Source: an uncultured Solirubrobacterales bacterium
GTDB taxonomy: Bacteria > Actinomycetota > Thermoleophilia > Solirubrobacterales > JBBDJG01
NCBI GenBank assembly: GCA_963816975.1
Contig: CAWFMD010000003.1
Location: forward strand, 265,445 to 329,444
DNA length: 64,000 nt
Direction: 5' to 3'
Shown here: positions 30,106 through 39,052 of the stretch, piece after piece
Numbering within the stretch: position 1 is the stretch's first letter
Layout of the letters: the number at the start of each line of letters is the position of its first letter
Position numbers and translations under genes: made by a program
Notes under the pieces: model-generated
What the model was told of the DNA's origin: nothing
The model's database searches: none
The model's input: the letters and a program-made list of their open reading frames with translations, nothing else

Positions 30106-31562
30106 CAGTCGTCGTATCCCCTTTGCACTGCCGCTTCGATCTGCGTCGTCGGGCCGAGCCAGTCGGACGCCGCGTCGGCGGTAGCGCTTTGACGTCCGCC
30201 GTTGGGGTCGACCGCGACCATCGGATCGGCGGCCCCGCCGAGGTCGGACAGGGTCTGGATGCGGCTGAGCGTGCCCGAGTACGAGACGCTGCGCGCCTGC
30301 ACCTGCGAGCACGTTCCGAAGCCGCAGTCGAAGGCCTCGTCGATGCGCTCCCACGCGAACACGGCGTTGCCCCGCGAGTCCACTGCGACCTGCGGGACGA
30401 ACGCGTTCCGGCGGCTCTCCGAGATGGTCCGGATGCTGCCGAGCGAGCCGCTCCACGAGCGCGTCCGCGTCTGGGCGACGAAGCAGGCGGCGCCACCGCT
30501 GCACGCGGTCGAGCCGTCGCCGCGCGACCAGACGTAGACGGCCTTGCCGGACCCGGCGATGCCGACCTGCGGCGCGATCGCGTCCTGTCGCGAGTCCGAG
30601 ATCGTCTGGGTGCTGCTGAGCGAACCGCTGCGCGAGCGGGTGCGAGTCTGGATGCGGAAGCATTCGCCGCCGCCGCACTGCGTGGTGCCGTCCGCGCGCT
30701 CCCAGGTGAAGACAGCATTGCCCGACTCGTTCACCGCGACCTGTCCGGGCCCGGGGAAGCCCGGGGCGGACAGGGTCTGCGTCGGGCTCAGGACACCGGT
30801 CGCAGCGAGCGCGCGAGCCTGGATCAGGGAGCAGGCCAGGCAGGAGGGCGTCCCGTCCTCCAGCCTCCACACGAACACCGCGTTGCCGTACTCGTCCACG
30901 CCGACCTGCGGGAAGAATGCATTCTTGCCGGCAGCGGACAGGTCCTGCTTGGGTCCATAGACGCCGGCGGCAGACCGCCTGCGTGCGCGGGGCCGCAGGC
31001 ATCCGAAACTGCCGCAGGGCCCGGTGAGGTCGAACTCCTCCCAGACGAACACCGCCCCTCCGTGCTCGTCGACGGCCACGTGCGGCCGAGACGGGAGGAA
31101 GCCGGCCGGGGGCACGTTCGAGACGTTCTCGATCGGCCCGAGCACGCCCGCGGCGCTCCGCGTCCGCGCAAACACGGTGACCTCGAAGAGGGCGGTCTCC
31201 CCGATCCATACGAACACGGCGTTCCCGCGTTCATCCACTGCCACCTCGGGATCCGGAGTACTGAGAAACGACGGGTCGGAGATCGTCTCGACAGGACCGA
31301 GAGTCCCAGAGGGACCGCGCACGCGCGCCTTGGCGACATAGCAAGGGGTGACGGAAAGGCAGGCAGGGGGATCGCTCGTGTCCTCCTGGGTCCAGACGAA
31401 GAACGCCCGGCCGCCGGGGTCCATGGCCACGTCGTGCTCGGAGGCGGACGGATCCGAGATCGTCCCGAGCTTCTTGAACGAGGCCTGCGCGGGCGCCGCT
31501 GTCAGGAGCAAGGCAAGCGCGACGAGCGCGAACCCCAGATGCCGCCGTTTTGTGCGTCCCAT
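30105..31562 (-). CDS. secreted repeat protein of unknown family (about 7.5 x 55-62 aa, Cys-pair repeats)
   Basis: 485 aa with signal peptide ..LLLTAAPAQA. The repeated unit is V[AG]VD..GNAVFVW.R.DG..C(x2-6)C...Q.R.RS.SG.L...Q.[IL]S. I cannot name a family. Confidence 0.75.
   Translation of the reverse strand: MGRTKRRHLGFALVALALLLTAAPAQASFKKLGTISDPSASEHDVAMDPGGRAFFVWTQEDTSDPPACLSVTPCYVAKARVRGPSGTLGPVETISDPSFLSTPDPEVAVDERGNAVFVWIGETALFEVTVFARTRSAAGVLGPIENVSNVPPAGFLPSRPHVAVDEHGGAVFVWEEFDLTGPCGSFGCLRPRARRRSAAGVYGPKQDLSAAGKNAFFPQVGVDEYGNAVFVWRLEDGTPSCLACSLIQARALAATGVLSPTQTLSAPGFPGPGQVAVNESGNAVFTWERADGTTQCGGGECFRIQTRTRSRSGSLSSTQTISDSRQDAIAPQVGIAGSGKAVYVWSRGDGSTACSGGAACFVAQTRTRSWSGSLGSIRTISESRRNAFVPQVAVDSRGNAVFAWERIDEAFDCGFGTCSQVQARSVSYSGTLSRIQTLSDLGGAADPMVAVDPNGGRQSATADAASDWLGPTTQIEAAVQRGYDD
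30189..31436 (-). repeat. in-frame tandem coding repeats (about 165-185 bp period)
   Basis: The V[AG][VIM][DN] strand recurs at aa 45, 107, 162, 220, 275, 332, 391 and 449 of the 485-aa product. Confidence 0.7.
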
Positions 31563-31660
31563 ACCAGCTCCCTCGCCTGGGACTGACCTCCACTACCTCA
31601 GCGCCGATACTAACCGCGTACTCACCGACCAGTCAAGAGCGTGGGCGCGATAATGGCGCC

Positions 31661-32131
31661 GTGCGCCGGATCAACATCGCATCGCCGCAGTTCGAGTACG
31701 ACCCCACCGACCCGCCGGGATTCAGATCCGGGATGTTCCGGTTCGGCCCGCGGCTCGACGCGTCGCAGCTGGGTGCGAGCGTCTACGAGCTACCGCCCGG
31801 CCAGGCCATCTGCCCCTACCACTACGAGCTGGTCGAGGAGGAGTGGCTACTGGTTCTCGAAGGACGTCCTTCCGTGCGGCACCCGGAGGGCACGGATCAG
31901 CTGGAGCCGTGGGATGCCGTCTGCTTTCCGACCGGCAAGGAGGGTGCCCATACTGTGCGCAACGAGACGGACGAAACCGTCCGCGTGTTGATGTTCTCCA
32001 GGGTCGAGCATCCGGCGGTGACGATCTATCCCGACAGCGACAAGGTGGGTGTCTACACGGGCGACGAAGACGACGACGTGATCGTGCCGCGCTCGGCCGA
32101 CGTCGACTACTGGCACGGGGAGACCGGCTAG
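31661..32131 (+). CDS. cupin domain protein
   Basis: ORF 31550..32131 trimmed to GTG 31661 (VRRINIASPQFEYD..). Cupin core is ..YELPPGQAICPYHYELVEEEWLLVLEGRPSV..GAHTVRNETDETVRVLM.. Confidence 0.6.
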   Translation: MRRINIASPQFEYDPTDPPGFRSGMFRFGPRLDASQLGASVYELPPGQAICPYHYELVEEEWLLVLEGRPSVRHPEGTDQLEPWDAVCFPTGKEGAHTVRNETDETVRVLMFSRVEHPAVTIYPDSDKVGVYTGDEDDDVIVPRSADVDYWHGETG

Positions 32132-32137
32132 GCCCAC

Positions 32138-32713
32138 TTGGTCAGGACTCTGTACTACTGCGCGGCGTCGCTCGACGGATTCATCGCCGAGTCCGACGAC
32201 ACGCTCGCGTGGCTCATGACCTACGACGGCTCGTTCGAGGGCGACGCAGCCGAGCCGATGCAGGGCTGCTACGACCGCTTCTACGACGGCGTCGGCGCGC
32301 TCGTGATGGGCTCGGCGACCTACGAGTTCGTGCTCGACCACATGGCCGCGACCGGCGATGAATGGTCCTACAAGGGCAAGCCGACTTGGGTGCTGACGTC
32401 GCGCGACCTCCCGCAGCCCGAGGGCGACGGCGTCGACGTGCGGTTCGCGAACGCATCGGTCGCCAACCTCTTCGACGAGATGATCGCCGCTGCGGGCGAG
32501 CGTGACCTGTGGGTGGTCGGCGGCGGCAACGTCGCATCGCAGTTCGCCGACGCGGACCTGCTCGACGAGCTGCTGGTCACGATCGTGCCGGTGGTGCTCG
32601 GTGAGGGCAAGCCGCTCTTCGACCGGCGGCTGCCGGGCGGCGCGATGCAGCTGACCGGGACCCGCGCCTTCGACACGGGGATGGTCGAGGTGCGCTACGC
32701 GATCAAGGAATGA
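32138..32713 (+). CDS. dihydrofolate reductase family protein (RibD C-terminal-like)
   Basis: 191 aa with LYYCAASLDGFIAESDDTLAWL.., ..LWVVGGGNVASQF.., ..LLVTIVPVVLGEGKPLF.. TTG start. Confidence 0.7.
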   Translation: MVRTLYYCAASLDGFIAESDDTLAWLMTYDGSFEGDAAEPMQGCYDRFYDGVGALVMGSATYEFVLDHMAATGDEWSYKGKPTWVLTSRDLPQPEGDGVDVRFANASVANLFDEMIAAAGERDLWVVGGGNVASQFADADLLDELLVTIVPVVLGEGKPLFDRRLPGGAMQLTGTRAFDTGMVEVRYAIKE

Positions 32714-32716
32714 CGC

Positions 32717-33652
32717 TCAGCGCGCGGCCGCGACGGGCAGCTTGAACGAGACGCCGGTGAGCTCCTCCGACACTTCCCACAGGCGGCGCGCCGCCCGCTC
32801 GTCGCGGGAGGCGCCGCTGGAGCCGACCCGCTTCGGGTGCCCGCGCTGCTCTGCGATCCCGTCGGGCCCGACGAATGTGCCTCCCTCGAGCCCCGGGAAC
32901 GTGGCCGCATAGAGCTGCGGCAGCGCGCCCATCGCGGCGCTCTGCGCGATCACGCGATTGCTCGCCATCATCACCAGGCGGTCCACCAGCGGCGGCGCCG
33001 CGGACTGCAGGTTGGTCGCGGCGTAGCCGGGGTGGGCGGCGACGCTCTTGATCGGGGAGCCGGCGGCGCGCAGCCGGCGGTCGAGCTCGAACGCGAACAG
33101 CAGGTTCGCGAGCTTCGAGTTCCCGTATGCCCGCCACCGAAAGTAGCGGTGCGTGCTCTGGAGGTCGTCGAAGTTGATCTTTCCCATACGGTGCGCACCG
33201 CTGCTGATCGTCACGACGCGCGCATCCTCGCGACCATCCATCGCGCCAATGAGCAAACCCGTGAGCGCGAAGTGGCCGAGGTGGTTGGTGCCGAGCTGAA
33301 GCTCGAATCCGTCCGCGGTCTCCCTGCGCGGCGGGGCCATCACGCCGGCGTTGTTGATCAGCAGGTCCAGGCCGTCGCGCTCGGTGCGCAGCCACTCCGC
33401 GAACGCATGGACGGAGTCGAGGCTGGCCAGGTCGAGCGCCGCCACCTGCAGGCGTGCGCCTGGCACGCCTTGCTTGATCTCGGCACTGGCCGCCGCGCCC
33501 TTGTCGGGGTTGCGGCAGGCGATCACGACGTCCGCGCCGGCCCGCGCCAGCTGCCGCGCGGTTTCGAGGCCGAGGCCACTGTTGCCCCCCGTCACGACCG
33601 CGACGCGGCCGCTTTGGTCGGGGATCTGGTCGCTGGTCCACTTGGCACTCAT
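32717..33652 (-). CDS. short-chain dehydrogenase/reductase
   Basis: 311 aa with [12 protein letters not shown] (TGxxxGxG) and YGNSKLA (YxxxK). Confidence 0.85.
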   Translation of the reverse strand: MSAKWTSDQIPDQSGRVAVVTGGNSGLGLETARQLARAGADVVIACRNPDKGAAASAEIKQGVPGARLQVAALDLASLDSVHAFAEWLRTERDGLDLLINNAGVMAPPRRETADGFELQLGTNHLGHFALTGLLIGAMDGREDARVVTISSGAHRMGKINFDDLQSTHRYFRWRAYGNSKLANLLFAFELDRRLRAAGSPIKSVAAHPGYAATNLQSAAPPLVDRLVMMASNRVIAQSAAMGALPQLYAATFPGLEGGTFVGPDGIAEQRGHPKRVGSSGASRDERAARRLWEVSEELTGVSFKLPVAAAR

Positions 33653-33762
33653 GAGCTGCTCGCGATGACCCTACTACCGGCGCCTTGACCCGGCCACCCG
33701 GCCCTGGCTAGGGTTGCCTGACGGCAGGGCGGTGAATCCAAGGAAGGGGCACGGAGGCAGAG

Positions 33763-34962
33763 ATGGCTGGTCGGCACGGAGGGCTGTTTGCGGTCCTGCT
33801 CGTGCTCGGCGTGCTCGCCGCGCCCGCACAGGCCGTCACCGAGTTTCCGGTCCCCACGCCCGTGAGCCAGCCCGCCGGCATCACGCTGGGCCCTGACGGC
33901 GCCCTGTGGTTCACCGAGGAGAACGGCCACAAGATCGGCCGGATCACCACCGACGGCGACATCACCGAGTTCCAGGTGCCGACCGTGCCCAGTTCGCCGA
34001 ATGAGATCACCGCGGGGCCGGACGGAGCGCTGTGGTTCACGGAGTTCGGCGCGAACCCGCCCAAGATCGGGCGCGTCACCACGGCGGGCGTGTTCACCGA
34101 GTACGACCTCCCGCCCGGCACCGGACCCGACGGGATCACGGCGGGTCCCGACGGCGCCCTGTGGTTCACCCACAACGGCACCAACAAGATCGGCCGGATC
34201 ACCACCGCCGGCGACATCACCGAGTATCCCCTGCCGGGCGGCTATCGGCCCGGTGACATCACACCGGGGCCCGACGGGCGCCTGTGGTTCACCGAGTCCG
34301 AGGCGAACAAGATCGGCGCGATCACGATGGCGGGCTTCATCACGGAGTACGACCTGCAGCCCGGCACGGACCCCTCGGGGATCACGGCCTCGGCCGCCGC
34401 GCTGTGGTTCACCGAGCATGGCGCGAACCAGATCGGGCGGATCCCGGTGGTCGGCATCCCGGTCACCCACCCGGGGCAGACCGGAAGCGGCCCTTCGGGC
34501 ATCGCGTTCGGGTCCGACGGGGCGCTGTGGTTCACGGAGACGCTGTCCAACAGGATCGGGCGGATGACGACCAGCGGCACGATCAGCTCGTTCGCGATTC
34601 CGACCCCCGGCAGCGAGCCGGGCGACATCGTCGCGGGCCCGGACGGCGCGATGTGGTTCACCGAGTTCGTCGGCAACAGGATCGGGCGGATCGAGGTCGG
34701 CTCCACCTATGTGCCGCCACCCGCCGCCACTCCGGGGCCGGCCCAGAACGCGCGCCCGGGAACGGCGCGGCAGGCGAGGCCCAGGTGCCGCGTGCCGGCG
34801 TTGCGTGGCCTGAGCGTGCCCAAGGCCGTCAAGCGCATCCGCCGTGCCCATTGCCGGTATCGCGTGCGTGGGAAGGGCCGGGTCGTCTCGACCAGGCCGC
34901 GCGCCGGGCAGCGCACGGCGCGCACGGTCGAGGTGAAGGCGAAGCGCACGCGGCGCAGCTGA
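33763..34962 (+). CDS. secreted Vgb-like (streptogramin-lyase-type) 7-bladed beta-propeller with basic C-terminal module
   Basis: 399 aa with signal peptide. Seven blades of about 42 aa, GPDGALWFTE..N.IGRIT..G.ITE[FY]. A Pro-rich linker precedes a very basic 55-aa tail, CRVPALRGLSVPKAVKRIRRAHCRYRV.., which looks PASTA-like by eye. Confidence 0.8.
   Translation: MAGRHGGLFAVLLVLGVLAAPAQAVTEFPVPTPVSQPAGITLGPDGALWFTEENGHKIGRITTDGDITEFQVPTVPSSPNEITAGPDGALWFTEFGANPPKIGRVTTAGVFTEYDLPPGTGPDGITAGPDGALWFTHNGTNKIGRITTAGDITEYPLPGGYRPGDITPGPDGRLWFTESEANKIGAITMAGFITEYDLQPGTDPSGITASAAALWFTEHGANQIGRIPVVGIPVTHPGQTGSGPSGIAFGSDGALWFTETLSNRIGRMTTSGTISSFAIPTPGSEPGDIVAGPDGAMWFTEFVGNRIGRIEVGSTYVPPPAATPGPAQNARPGTARQARPRCRVPALRGLSVPKAVKRIRRAHCRYRVRGKGRVVSTRPRAGQRTARTVEVKAKRTRRS
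33841..34698 (+). repeat. 7 in-frame tandem coding repeats (about 126 bp)
   Basis: GPDGALWFTE / GPDGRLWFTE / DGAMWFTE recur every ~42 codons. Confidence 0.75.
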
Positions 34963-34993
34963 CCGGCGCGCCGGCCCTCTGCCCTCTACCGGA

Positions 34994-36874
34994 TCAGGGA
35001 ACGAAGATGCCCTGCACCGCGAAACGACTGTTCGGCGCGGTCGTGGCCTCGCCGTCGGAGCCGCCGTCGAGCAGCTCGAGCTGGCCGATCTGCCAGATCG
35101 CGCGCTTGCCGTCGAGCACGGTGCCGGGCGCGAGCGCATTGAGCGTGGTCGACAGCGCACACGTGGATCCCACGGACATCGCGGCGGTCGCGGAGCACGG
35201 AACCTGGATCCTGCCCTCGAGCAGGAAGTCCTGAACGGTGGCGTGGTGCGATCCGCCTCCCGCGCCCACGGCGTTGAAGCCGTCGGTGACCCGCACCGCC
35301 GCGTTCGGCGTCAGCTCGCCGGTGTAGTCCGCGCCGGCCTGGTTGTTGGCGGCGCCGCAGGTCGCCACACCGGCCTTGCAGCGTACGTCGGTGATGCCGA
35401 TCGCGACCGCGATGTCGGAGTCGTCGGGTGGTCCCGGAACGCCGACGATCGAACCGAACCGGATCGACCCGGCCGAGTTCAGCGGCGCGCCATTCACGTC
35501 GGGGGCCCCGACGGTCAGGAAGCTGGTGGCCTGGGCCGGCGGCGCGCATGACGAATCGTTCGCCGCACCGCTCAACGCCGGCGGCCCGTGCAGCCGGTTC
35601 GGTGACGTGCACTTGGCAAACGCCGGGACCAGGGACACGCGGACCGGTGTCGCGCCCTTGGGGCGCGGATACCCATCGGCGCTTGACGCGAGCAGGATTG
35701 CGACGTTGTCGACAAGCTCGTTGGTGACCACCACGTCTTGATCCGCGTCGGCGTCGAAGTCGCCCACCGCCACGGACGACGGCCCGTCTCCGCTGGCGAA
35801 GTCGATCGGCCCGATGAAGGTCCCGCCGAGAGCGCCGACGAGCACCGAGACGTTGTCCGACCCCTGGTTGGCGACCGCCAGGTCCGGGTCGGAGTCGCCG
35901 CTGAACTCGCCTACGGCAACGCCGTCCGGCAGATTTCCGGCCGCAAAGTTCGTCGCCGCGCCGAAGCTCGAGCCCGCGCCACCCAGCAGCACCGAGACGT
36001 TGTGGCACAGCTCGTTGGCAACCACGAGGTCAGGGTCGGAATCGCCGTTGAACTGCCCGGTCGCGATCCACGTCGGGCCGCTGCAGACCGGGATGTTGGC
36101 CGGGCCAGTGAAGCTGCCGCCGGCGCCGCCAACCAGCACCGAGACGTTGTTGGTGGCTTCGTTTGCGACCGCCAGGTCGGGGTCGGAGTCGCCGTTGAAG
36201 TCCGCCACCGCGACGGCCCGCGGCAGCGCGCCCACGCTGAAATTGGTCGGTGCCCCGAATGTCGCCCCTGCGCCGCCGAGCAATATCGAGACGTTGCCGG
36301 AGCCCTCGTTCACTACCGCGAGGTCGGGATCGGAGTCGCCGTTGAAATCTGCCACCCCCAGGGACTGGGGTGTGGTGCCGACGGCGAAGTTCGTCGGGGC
36401 CGAGAACGTCCCCCCCGCTCCGCCGACCAGCACGGACACGTCGTTGGACGCCTCGTTCACGACCGCCAGCTCGGGGTCCGCATCGCCGTTGAAGTCGGCT
36501 GCCACGACCGCGAGCGGGGTCGTGCCGGCCACGAAGGTGGCCGGCGCGCCGAAGCTCGCACCCGCGCCGCCGAGCAGCACCGAGATGTTGTTCGACGCCT
36601 GGTTGACCACCGCCAGGTCGGGGTCGGAATCGCCGTTGAAGTTGCCGGTGATGACCGATTGCGGCGCGTTGCCCACGGCGATCGTGGTGGGACCGGCGAA
36701 GTTCACCGCGTGCGCAGCCTGGGGAGCGGCGACGATCACTCCCGCCAGCAGGCCCACAACCAAGCCGCACCGGACACCGCGGACGTGCCTGCCGAGTTTC
36801 TTGGTCGTGATGATTGGAAGCATCCTCCGTGACGCGCGACGCTCGCCTGCTGTGGCGCGGTGGCCTCCGGCCAC
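34994..36874 (-). CDS. secreted FG-GAP/VCBS repeat protein (7-blade integrin-alpha-like propeller) with unknown C-terminal domain
   Basis: 626-aa ORF. Likely start is ATG 36823, giving signal peptide ..VIVAAPQAAHA. Seven 47-aa units carry DFNGDSDPDLAV loops. A C-terminal domain of about 230 aa contains Cys. Confidence 0.8.
   Translation of the reverse strand: MAGGHRATAGERRASRRMLPIITTKKLGRHVRGVRCGLVVGLLAGVIVAAPQAAHAVNFAGPTTIAVGNAPQSVITGNFNGDSDPDLAVVNQASNNISVLLGGAGASFGAPATFVAGTTPLAVVAADFNGDADPELAVVNEASNDVSVLVGGAGGTFSAPTNFAVGTTPQSLGVADFNGDSDPDLAVVNEGSGNVSILLGGAGATFGAPTNFSVGALPRAVAVADFNGDSDPDLAVANEATNNVSVLVGGAGGSFTGPANIPVCSGPTWIATGQFNGDSDPDLVVANELCHNVSVLLGGAGSSFGAATNFAAGNLPDGVAVGEFSGDSDPDLAVANQGSDNVSVLVGALGGTFIGPIDFASGDGPSSVAVGDFDADADQDVVVTNELVDNVAILLASSADGYPRPKGATPVRVSLVPAFAKCTSPNRLHGPPALSGAANDSSCAPPAQATSFLTVGAPDVNGAPLNSAGSIRFGSIVGVPGPPDDSDIAVAIGITDVRCKAGVATCGAANNQAGADYTGELTPNAAVRVTDGFNAVGAGGGSHHATVQDFLLEGRIQVPCSATAAMSVGSTCALSTTLNALAPGTVLDGKRAIWQIGQLELLDGGSDGEATTAPNSRFAVQGIFVP
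35687..36706 (-). repeat. 7 in-frame tandem coding repeats (141 bp)
   Basis: [DE]FNGD[SA]DP[DE]L[AV]V.N......VSVL[LV]GG.G..F recurs every 47 codons. Confidence 0.8.
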
Positions 36875-36931
36875 CGTTCTGCGGACCCTAACCCGGCCGC
36901 CGCCTCGCTGTCAATTCCGTGAACCGGGAGC

Positions 36932-36953
36932 CGGGGCCGCTCACGCGGCCCCG
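36932..36953 (-). terminator. candidate intrinsic terminator after the PepSY gene
   Basis: CGGGGCCGC / TCAC / GCGGCCCCG, a 9-bp stem with a 4-nt loop 20-40 nt past the stop at 36973. Weakly U-containing trailer. Confidence 0.45.
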
Positions 36954-36972
36954 ACTCGCAGCGGCCGGCGTG

Positions 36973-37272
36973 CTACTCGTCCGCGAGCGCAGCGAGGACG
37001 TCGCCGGTCGATGCGTCGACCTTCACGTCCTTGGAACCCACGTCCACGTTGTAGACGAGGCGTCCCTCGTAGTGCTCCAGGTCCGTCTCGTTGAGCGAAC
37101 CGGAGGCTGCCGACTGCGCGGCCTGCTCTGCCTGTTGCTGGCTGATCTTGGCCTGGGGAGCCAGGTTCTTGCCGTCGTCGAGGCCGGAACCGCCGCTCGC
37201 GGCCGCGATGCCGGCTCCGCCGGCGGTGGCCAGCGCGAGCACGGCAACTCCTGCAGTGATGCGTCTGTTCAT
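36973..37272 (-). CDS. small secreted PepSY-like domain protein
   Basis: 99 aa with signal peptide MNRRITAGVAVLALATAGGAGIAAA. C-terminal ..LEHYEGRLVYNVDVGSKDVKVDASTGDVL. Confidence 0.6.
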   Translation of the reverse strand: MNRRITAGVAVLALATAGGAGIAAASGGSGLDDGKNLAPQAKISQQQAEQAAQSAASGSLNETDLEHYEGRLVYNVDVGSKDVKVDASTGDVLAALADE

Positions 37273-37383
37273 CGAAAGGTCTCCGTTCAGGGAGGGGACA
37301 GGTTGACGCCGCCCAAAGTGCCAGGCGCGTCTGAGAGGGCGGTGAGACGACCTGAGACGAGCGTGAGCGTCGGGCGGGCCCGG

Positions 37384-38970
37384 CTACGGCCAGACCGAGC
37401 CCGGCGCGATCTGCGGGTCGCTCCAGACCGCTTGATCCTCCCGGCCGAGCCGCCAGACACCGATTCCCAGCCCCCGGTCGCGCGCGAGTCGCACTCGCCT
37501 GGCGATCGTGGCCGCGTCCGGATACCAAACCTCGTGGCGGATGCCCGCAGCGTCGGTGTACGTGAAGACCCAGGCGTCCGCCAGCGGGTCCAGCACCGGC
37601 CGCGCGCCGTGGCGATCGATCAGCCGGCGCACATCGGCGTACTCGAGCGCCGTCGCCTCGTTGGCGGGGCCGCCGCCGCTCGGCCAGTCCATTCCGTACA
37701 GGTGGGTGCCCAGCACGAACCGCGCGCGGTTCGGCATCGAGGCGACGTAGTCGGCGACGCGCCGGCACAGCTCCATGTCGTCGGGCGCGCCGGGCGCGGA
37801 GGTCGACCAGTGCCAGCCCCAGTTCATCACGAACACCCGATCGGCTGCCCCTCCCAGTGCCGCATAGTCGTAAAGGCCGGAGCGTCCCGTGGTGGTGTGC
37901 TCGTACTTCGCCGAGACCTCGACCGACACGCGCTTGCCGAGCGCATGCAGTCGTGCCCCCAGGTCGGACACGAACGACGTGAGCGCGTCGCGGTCGCCGG
38001 CGGCGCCGTTCTCGAAGTCCACGTTGATCCCGTCGTAGTCGTGCGCACGCGCGAGCTCGACGAGTCGGCTGATCGTCCGCGCGCGCACGGGCCCGTCGGT
38101 CAGGACGGAGTGCAGCGGCGCCGGGTCCTGGCAGTTGAACCGGGCGTGCACCTCGATGCCGCGCAACCGGGACCAGCGCGTGACGAGCGCGTCGTTACGC
38201 CCGACCACCGCCCCGTCCGATGCGCGGCAGTCGAAGTACGTGGGGTAGACCGTGCCGATCTGCCGATAGTGGCGCTGCAGGTCGCGGAAGCTCTCGCCCG
38301 TGGACGCGAGCAGGAATGCGTGGACACGACCCCGGGTGGCGGCCGGACGCGCGGTCGTGACCGCGACCGGCCCGCTCGCGGCGCTCATGTACCCCTGGGT
38401 GTCGACGGTCGCGACGGTGAACCTGTATCTGGTGGCCGCGGCCAGGTTGCGATCGGCCCCCGCGAGCCCCCGCACCTGGCGCACCATCAGCTTGTCCCGG
38501 TAGATGCGATAGCCGGCGATGCGGCCGGTCCGCGGCGCGGCGGCCGACCAGGACAGCCGGACACCGGAGTCGCGGACCCGCCTGGCCCGCAGGCGCGCGG
38601 GCCTGCGCGGCGGACGGTGACCCTGAAGGACGTGCACCGCGTTGCTGCGCGGGCCGACGTGTGCGCTGCGATCCACGCCGGCCACGCGGTACGTGGCGCC
38701 GCGCGTGGCGCGCACCCGCAGCGAGCGGCCGCGCACCCGCCGGTGGAGGCGACCATCGCGGTATACGCGGTAACCCCGGAGCCGCCCGTCACCCGCCCTG
38801 CTCGGCGACCACACGAGCCGCACGCTGTCGTGCCGCACGCCGACGACCGCCAGGCCGGCGGGGCGATGCGGGGCCTGGAAGCGCGCCGAGGCCGCATCTG
38901 CCCCGACCGGCGGCACCAGCCCGGCGGCGACCGCGCATGCGCCGACCAGCAGGGGATATCTCAGTCGCAC
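37384..38970 (-). CDS. secreted glycoside hydrolase family 18-like protein with two FN3-like modules
   Basis: 528 aa with signal peptide. FN3-like modules are ..VRLVWSPS..GYRVYRDG.. and ..VRLSWSAA..GYRIYRDK.. The GH18 core carries YDGINVDFE, a DxxDxDxE variant in which the second Asp is Asn. Confidence 0.75.
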   Translation of the reverse strand: MRLRYPLLVGACAVAAGLVPPVGADAASARFQAPHRPAGLAVVGVRHDSVRLVWSPSRAGDGRLRGYRVYRDGRLHRRVRGRSLRVRATRGATYRVAGVDRSAHVGPRSNAVHVLQGHRPPRRPARLRARRVRDSGVRLSWSAAAPRTGRIAGYRIYRDKLMVRQVRGLAGADRNLAAATRYRFTVATVDTQGYMSAASGPVAVTTARPAATRGRVHAFLLASTGESFRDLQRHYRQIGTVYPTYFDCRASDGAVVGRNDALVTRWSRLRGIEVHARFNCQDPAPLHSVLTDGPVRARTISRLVELARAHDYDGINVDFENGAAGDRDALTSFVSDLGARLHALGKRVSVEVSAKYEHTTTGRSGLYDYAALGGAADRVFVMNWGWHWSTSAPGAPDDMELCRRVADYVASMPNRARFVLGTHLYGMDWPSGGGPANEATALEYADVRRLIDRHGARPVLDPLADAWVFTYTDAAGIRHEVWYPDAATIARRVRLARDRGLGIGVWRLGREDQAVWSDPQIAPGSVWP

Positions 38971-39052
38971 TACAGACTCGACGCATGCGGCGCAGCGACC
39001 TCATCCGCGCTGGACACATGCCCGACGGCCCGGGCCGGCGCCAAACTCGCGC

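Noticed and set aside
34963-34974. CCGGCGCGCCGG palindrome between the convergent Vgb-like and FG-GAP genes as a bidirectional terminator
   Set aside because: A 12-nt palindrome without a loop can only form a stem of about 4 bp. That is too weak to call.
30189-36706. Tandem direct repeats (126, 141 and ~170 bp periods) as possible CRISPR or satellite arrays
   Set aside because: All repeats are in frame inside long ORFs with signal peptides, and they encode propeller blades. There is no spacer/repeat architecture and no cas genes.
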